Source: a virus
Virus record (IMG/VR): IMGVR_UViG_3300020391_000005
Location: 20,833-84,832 of that record
DNA: 64,000 bases
Direction: 5' to 3' (one strand)
Shown here piece after piece: positions 59,149 to 64,000 of the stretch (position 1 is the stretch's first letter; each line of letters opens with the position of its first letter). Position numbers and translations under genes: made by a program. The notes under the pieces are model-generated. The model searched no databases. It saw only the letters and a program-made list of their open reading frames with translations, and was not told the DNA's origin.

Positions 59149-59913
59149 TTAAGAAATTGACCCATCTTTGATTGGAATAGCAATTTTTATAGGATACCCT
59201 TCATACCCAGATGCCTGCCTATATGGAGCAAGTCTTCTAACAGCACTGTAAACACTATCGTCCATTAGCTTGCCAAGATCATCTTTTAAAGACTTTAAAT
59301 TATTTTTTCGGTTAGCGTCGTTAAAATCATAATGGTCTATAAAAACAAACATATTTCCAGCCCTTTGGACAGTTGCAGCACCCAAAAATCTAGAAAGTGA
59401 ATTGAATATTTCAGGTTCAAATACTCCAGTTTTTTGACTGAGTGGTGTTTCTCCTCTTGCTTTCATTTTGGCAAGTTCTCTACGTGAATATTGTTTATAG
59501 TCTTTGCCTAACTGTTGTTTGGATAGATTTCTCCAAACTTGATAGGTGATTGTTCTTTTTCTTCGGGTTCTGTGAGCCCCTAAATATAGAGCAGTTTTTC
59601 TAAGTGCTTCAATCTCTTTTGATGAAAGAAAACTAGCCTGTAAAGTGCTTTCATTTCCAGCTAAAAATCTTGCAAATCCTCTCATATGAATTGGGCCTGG
59701 AGCTTTTATAAAATCCATAAGGCCATCAATAGCATCTTTAGCGCTACCAACTACTCCGGTCATTGCACCACCAAATTTACCAAGAACGTTTCCTATGGCA
59801 TCTCCTGCTTTATCGAGAAATCCTTTTTTATCGTCAGAAGTTTCCTCATTCAATAATTTTTGTTCTCTTTCAAATTTTCTCCAGTTTTCCATGATTTTTT
59901 TCATTTTTGACAT
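59149..59913 (-). CDS. Hypothetical protein with MKKIMENWR leader and DxYDFN motif; paralog of 60032..60982
   Basis: 254 aa; minus-strand late-type motif at 59959-59967; AAGGA RBS. Confidence 0.75.
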   Translation of the reverse strand: MSKMKKIMENWRKFEREQKLLNEETSDDKKGFLDKAGDAIGNVLGKFGGAMTGVVGSAKDAIDGLMDFIKAPGPIHMRGFARFLAGNESTLQASFLSSKEIEALRKTALYLGAHRTRRKRTITYQVWRNLSKQQLGKDYKQYSRRELAKMKARGETPLSQKTGVFEPEIFNSLSRFLGAATVQRAGNMFVFIDHYDFNDANRKNNLKSLKDDLGKLMDDSVYSAVRRLAPYRQASGYEGYPIKIAIPIKDGSIS

Positions 59914-60031
59914 AGTAAGGTCCTTGTTTTAAAAACACCACCAAAGTAATGGCACAAAATAAATAGTATAAAAGTATCCAAAATCGAAACAATATTTATA
60001 TACTTAGGTAAACTGGGAGTATAAAAATAGA

Positions 60032-60982
60032 TTAAGGAGTTGTTGCATAACTAGCGTTATTTTTTTGATAGCCCGAGGATATTTGAAAATCTTTTTGCTG
60101 ACTATCAAGCGCGGCTAATGAATTTGTAGTAGCATCACTTAATTTAAAGGTTATTTGAACTTTAAACCCTTTGTAACCAGTCGCGGTCTGTCTATATGGA
60201 GCCATTCTTCTTATCGCTTGGTACATATCATCACCTCCATGCATTGATGGAGTCAGTGCGTTCTTAATATCAAACCAAAGTTCATCAAAATTTTCTTTAG
60301 CTTTAGCATTATTGAAGTCATAAAAATCTGAAATTGTTACATTTCCCGATCTATCGACGGTATATCTGGCATTCCCTAAAAATCTTTGAAATGAATTAAA
60401 AACCTCGCTTGAAAAGATACTTTTTTTCTGTGGAATGTTCATAGTCTTCCTTTTCCGATCTTTTTTTCTTTTTAATCTGGAATATACTTTAAATCCCTCT
60501 GGGTCATTTCTTCTAGAAAGATTCATCCAATGTCCATATGATATTCTTTTTGAGCCACCTAATCTAAGTCTTGAATCAACTTTTTTTGCATTGAACGCCT
60601 TAAATTCTTTGCTTGTTAAGCCCTCTACAGAGCCCAGCATTATTACAGATCTTTCTAAGGCTTCAATTTCTCTTTTTGTAAGATTTTTTTCTGTAAAAAC
60701 TGTTTCAGACCCCAGTAGAAATTTAGCAAAAGCCCTCATGTGTACTGGCATTTTAAAATCTAATGCTTTTTTTTCGATTTGTTTTAGAATTTTATCTTTT
60801 GTGCCAATGAGAGCAGCTTCAGAACTTTTGGCCAAAGTTGTTTCTGCTTCTCCGTACCCACCTAGTAATTTACCTAAAAAGTCGCCGGCTTTATCTAAAA
60901 AAGATTTTTCTTCCTTTTCTGTAATTAAATTAGAAGATTTAAAGCCTCTCCAGTTTTCCATAATTTTTTTCATTTCTGACAT
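60032..60982 (-). CDS. Hypothetical protein with MKKIMENWR leader and DxYDFN motif; paralog of 59149..59913
   Basis: 316 aa; shares FLDKAGD, HMR.FA.FL.G.E, FNS..RFLG.A, D.YDFN.A, RR.APYRQ; late-type motif at 61031-61039. Confidence 0.75.
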   Translation of the reverse strand: MSEMKKIMENWRGFKSSNLITEKEEKSFLDKAGDFLGKLLGGYGEAETTLAKSSEAALIGTKDKILKQIEKKALDFKMPVHMRAFAKFLLGSETVFTEKNLTKREIEALERSVIMLGSVEGLTSKEFKAFNAKKVDSRLRLGGSKRISYGHWMNLSRRNDPEGFKVYSRLKRKKDRKRKTMNIPQKKSIFSSEVFNSFQRFLGNARYTVDRSGNVTISDFYDFNNAKAKENFDELWFDIKNALTPSMHGGDDMYQAIRRMAPYRQTATGYKGFKVQITFKLSDATTNSLAALDSQQKDFQISSGYQKNNASYATTP

Positions 60983-60992
60983 AATAAAAGCC

Positions 60993-61021
60993 TTGCTTTT
61001 TCACTAATCTAGTGGTAATAT
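60993..61021 (+). promoter_or_regulatory. Possible sigma70-type promoter
   Basis: TTGCTT-17 nt-TAATAT with extended TGn, upstream of 61055. Confidence 0.5.
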
Positions 61022-61054
61022 AGTTATATAGTAAATAGAAAAAAAGAGGCAAAA

Positions 61055-61612
61055 ATGAAAAAAACATTTATTATTTTACTTTTAGCAATCACTCCAATAT
61101 TATTTATGATGGGGTGTAACAAGGAAATTAGCAGCTATGTAAATCATCTAACCTACAAAGAAAAACTTAACCCAGTTGAGAAAATGTTTGTCTATACCTC
61201 GTTTAACTCTATGTGGGTAATAGGATATCCTTTATTTCCAGAAGCTGCAGAAATACTGAAGCACTATTTGCATGGCGATGGTACAGAAAAGGTTATTTCA
61301 AATTCTTATATAAAAACGAGTCCCTTCATAAAAAATCTAATAAAAGAGAAAGGTGTAGGAACTCATGTGATACGATTTAAACAACACAGAGACTGGAGGC
61401 TGTCATATGCCTTAAACCCCTTTCGTTTGCAAGTTAAAGAAGATGGAGAAGTAAACATTTATCAATGGATTCATTTTCCAGAAAATAAGAAGATAGCAGT
61501 TAGATTAAATATTTTTGGCAGAGAACTAAGAGTAAACGATGCTTTAATACACAAACTTAACCCAAAGGCTTTTATGTTGAAAGTCGAACCGTGGAATCAT
61601 AAAAAAGGCTAA
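61055..61612 (+). CDS. Putative lipoprotein
   Basis: MKKTFIILLLAITPILFMMG-C signal II/lipobox-like; LKHYLHGDG motif. Confidence 0.6.
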   Translation: MKKTFIILLLAITPILFMMGCNKEISSYVNHLTYKEKLNPVEKMFVYTSFNSMWVIGYPLFPEAAEILKHYLHGDGTEKVISNSYIKTSPFIKNLIKEKGVGTHVIRFKQHRDWRLSYALNPFRLQVKEDGEVNIYQWIHFPENKKIAVRLNIFGRELRVNDALIHKLNPKAFMLKVEPWNHKKG

Positions 61613-61616
61613 AACA

Positions 61617-62579
61617 ATGAAAAGACTAATGATAGTAGACGCATATAATCAGTTTATCCGTGGATATATAGTAGACCCTAGTAAGAACCCAAATGGCTCT
61701 CCTATAGGCGGTATTCGTACCTTTATCAATATTTTTAATAAGCTAACAAGAGAGGTCAAACCAGACCTTCTTGTTCTTGTGTGGGATGGCAAAGGTGGAA
61801 GCAAGAAGCGTAGAGCCATGAACAAATCTTACAAGGGCGGTCGTAAACCACCCAGAACTAACTGGTCGCAGGTTGGAATGGCCGACGAGGAGATCATGGA
61901 CAATAAAGTGTGGCAGCAGATGAGGGTTATTGAATACTTTAATCAAACACCTGTCATTCAGTTCATGGAGCCCCTAGTAGAGGCAGATGACGTTATCTCT
62001 TATGTTAAAAACAGTCCGATTTTTAATGAATGGCAAAAAGTGATTGTATCAGCAGATAAAGATTTCATTCAACTTCTTGATGATAAGACAGTCTTGCATA
62101 GACCTATTCAAAAAGAGTACCTGAATAAAAACAGTGTCGTTGATAAATTTGGTATTCACCCCACTAACTTTGCCCTAGCCAGAGCAATCGTTGGAGATTC
62201 TTCCGACAACCTACCTGGTGTACCCAGAGTTGGCATGGAAACTGTTGCAAAACGATTTTCTTTTCTCAAAGAAGAAAATACATACTACTTATCTGATGTT
62301 ATAACTGAATGTGAAAAGCCAGACAATAAGCAAAAAGTATATACAAATATTTTAGATAATAAGGAGTTAATAGAAAATAATTATGATATTATGCAGTTAT
62401 CTTCGCCCATGCTATCTATTCAAGCCAAACAAGGGATTGACGATACGTTTGAGCAATATAAGCCCCACTACAATCAGACGGAAATAAGAAAACTAATGCT
62501 TCAGGACGGAGTACTTACTGTGACAACCACAGATCTGGAACAAAGATTTAATAATATTATCACTTCCTTTTCTGGATGA
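61617..62579 (+). CDS. 5'-3' exonuclease / flap endonuclease (PolI 5' nuclease, T4 RNase H-like)
   Basis: MIVDAYN, VWDG, YKGGR, EADDVI, VSADKDFIQL, GDSSDNLPGVPRVG. Confidence 0.93.
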   Translation: MKRLMIVDAYNQFIRGYIVDPSKNPNGSPIGGIRTFINIFNKLTREVKPDLLVLVWDGKGGSKKRRAMNKSYKGGRKPPRTNWSQVGMADEEIMDNKVWQQMRVIEYFNQTPVIQFMEPLVEADDVISYVKNSPIFNEWQKVIVSADKDFIQLLDDKTVLHRPIQKEYLNKNSVVDKFGIHPTNFALARAIVGDSSDNLPGVPRVGMETVAKRFSFLKEENTYYLSDVITECEKPDNKQKVYTNILDNKELIENNYDIMQLSSPMLSIQAKQGIDDTFEQYKPHYNQTEIRKLMLQDGVLTVTTTDLEQRFNNIITSFSG

Positions 62580-62616
62580 TTTGTGATATAGTCATATAAA
62601 TATAAAAGGAACTTTA

Positions 62617-64000
62617 ATGGAGCAAGAAAAGAAAAGCTTCTCTAAGTTTGGAAAATCATTTCAAGAAGATTTGTGTCACCTTATTTTAACCGATAGGACT
62701 TTTGCTGACCAAATGTTTGAAGTATTAGATCTAAATTTTTTGGAGTTAAAACATTTACGAATCTTTATAAAAAAGATCAAGGAGTATCGAGAAAAATATG
62801 GAGTCCATCCCACATCTAACATTATGTTGTCCATCATACGATCAGGTTTGGAAGGAGAAGCCGAATCTGTCAAGACGAGAATCAGAGATTACTATGCTAG
62901 AGTGCTGGCCAATGGTGAACTTCCGGACGGCTCTGAATTCATTAAAGATACTGCTCTTGACTTCTGTAAAAAACAAAAACTTAAAGAAGCTCTAATTAAA
63001 TCTGTTGAACTTATCAAATCTTCTTCTTTTGATGAGGTATCGAAAGTAATAGACAACGCTCTAAAATTAGGTTCAGATAATACATTAGGATATGACTACC
63101 TTGCAGACTTTGAAGCTCGTTTCATTAAAAAATTTCGCAACCCAATCACTACAGGTTGGCAAGACGTTGATGACATTTCTAAAGGAGGTCTTGGTAAAGG
63201 GGAACTTGGTGTTGTTGTTGCTCCTACTGGTGCGGGTAAATCAATGGTGTTGGTCCACCTCGGTGCCCAAGCTCTCAAAGCGGGAAAAAATGTTCTTCAT
63301 TACACTCTTGAGCTTGGAGACACTGTGGTGGGGAGCCGTTATGATGCTGCTATCACGGGTGTTGAGCTAAAAAATCTATCTGTTTTTAAAGAAAAAATAT
63401 ATGATGAGATAAGAGACATCGACGGTAAATTAATTATTAAAGAATATCCTACAAGAAGCGCCAATATCCAAACAATTAAGAATCACATTGAGAAGCTAAA
63501 AAGGCGAAATTTTATCCCAGATATGATCATTGTAGACTACGGAGACCTAATCCGACCAGAAAATAGTAGAAAAGATGAGAAAAGGCACCAACTAGAAACT
63601 ATTTACGAAGAGCTTAGAGGAATAGCTCAAATTTGTGAATGTCCACTCTGGACTGCATCACAAACTAACAGATCTGGGTTGAACGCAGAAGTGATCACAA
63701 TGGAGTCAATCTCCGAGGCGTTCAATAAATGTTTTGTAGCAGACTTTATCTTCACGGTGTCGAGAACCGTAGAAGACAAAAACACTAATCAGGGTCGCAT
63801 TTTTGTTGCTAAAAACAGAAACGGCCCAGATGGACTCGTGTATCCAATATTTATGGATACCAGCAATGTTAAAATAAAGGTTTTACCAAAAACAGGTGAG
63901 ACCGCAAATGATATTATTCATAAATCTTCTGCTCAACGATTAGCAAATCTTAAGGAGAAGTATAAGGTTTTTAAAAAAGAAAAGAAAGAAGGAGGAAACA
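62617..64000 (+). CDS. Replicative helicase (DnaB / T4 gp41-like), 3' truncated; absent from ORF track
   Basis: Hand-translated from ATG 62617 (MEQEKKSFSKFGKSFQ...): GGLGKGELGVVVAPTGAGKS, YTLEL, IVDYGDL, WTASQTNR, KNRNGPDG; no stop before the window end; AAGGA RBS and TGnTATAGT upstream. Confidence 0.93.
   Translation, partial: MEQEKKSFSKFGKSFQEDLCHLILTDRTFADQMFEVLDLNFLELKHLRIFIKKIKEYREKYGVHPTSNIMLSIIRSGLEGEAESVKTRIRDYYARVLANGELPDGSEFIKDTALDFCKKQKLKEALIKSVELIKSSSFDEVSKVIDNALKLGSDNTLGYDYLADFEARFIKKFRNPITTGWQDVDDISKGGLGKGELGVVVAPTGAGKSMVLVHLGAQALKAGKNVLHYTLELGDTVVGSRYDAAITGVELKNLSVFKEKIYDEIRDIDGKLIIKEYPTRSANIQTIKNHIEKLKRRNFIPDMIIVDYGDLIRPENSRKDEKRHQLETIYEELRGIAQICECPLWTASQTNRSGLNAEVITMESISEAFNKCFVADFIFTVSRTVEDKNTNQGRIFVAKNRNGPDGLVYPIFMDTSNVKIKVLPKTGETANDIIHKSSAQRLANLKEKYKVFKKEKKEGGN

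Noticed and set aside
60435-61007. 190-aa plus-strand ORF
   Set aside because: Antisense to 60032..60982, which has a clear paralog and an upstream late-type motif.
62798-63370. Short ORFs listed near the right end
   Set aside because: Out-of-frame or antisense fragments inside the helicase gene starting at 62617.
1-64000. tRNA genes, CRISPR array, introns/inteins, genome-wide stop codon reassignment
   Set aside because: No cloverleaf or spaced repeats seen; terminase, RecA and helicase are uninterrupted; TAA, TAG and TGA all end genes at normal boundaries.

Overview
AT-rich, gene-dense segment of a large T4-like (contractile-tailed) phage genome, almost all on the + strand. Order: a giant baseplate/tail structural protein cut off at the left edge and further baseplate-type genes (1-19 kb); RuvC-like resolvase, primase, two small leader-motif proteins, an IscA/ErpA Fe-S carrier and an Mre11-Rad50 (gp47-gp46) fusion (19-24 kb); a putative lysis membrane cluster; the head module (terminase, portal, prohead protease, ribosomal protein bS21, scaffold, major capsid); neck, fibre, sheath, tube, tail chaperone with a probable +1 frameshift, tape measure and baseplate hub (37-55 kb); then replication genes (short PolA-like protein, divergent tubulin/FtsZ, gp32-like SSB, RecA/UvsX, 5'-3' exonuclease, gp41/DnaB helicase cut off at the right edge). 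Two promoter classes are visible: sigma70-type before replication genes and a recurrent CTATTTA(T/C) motif before virion genes. Best leads: (1) a ~110 nt three-way-junction RNA with kissing loops and an anti-Shine-Dalgarno switch just after the capsid gene; (2) a 21-codon leader with an in-frame UGA and hairpin ahead of the prohead protease; (3) three adjacent proteins with colicin M-like motifs, two with putative capsid-targeting leaders and one a lipoprotein. All calls come from motif reading by eye; no searches were run. No tRNA, rRNA or CRISPR array was seen.
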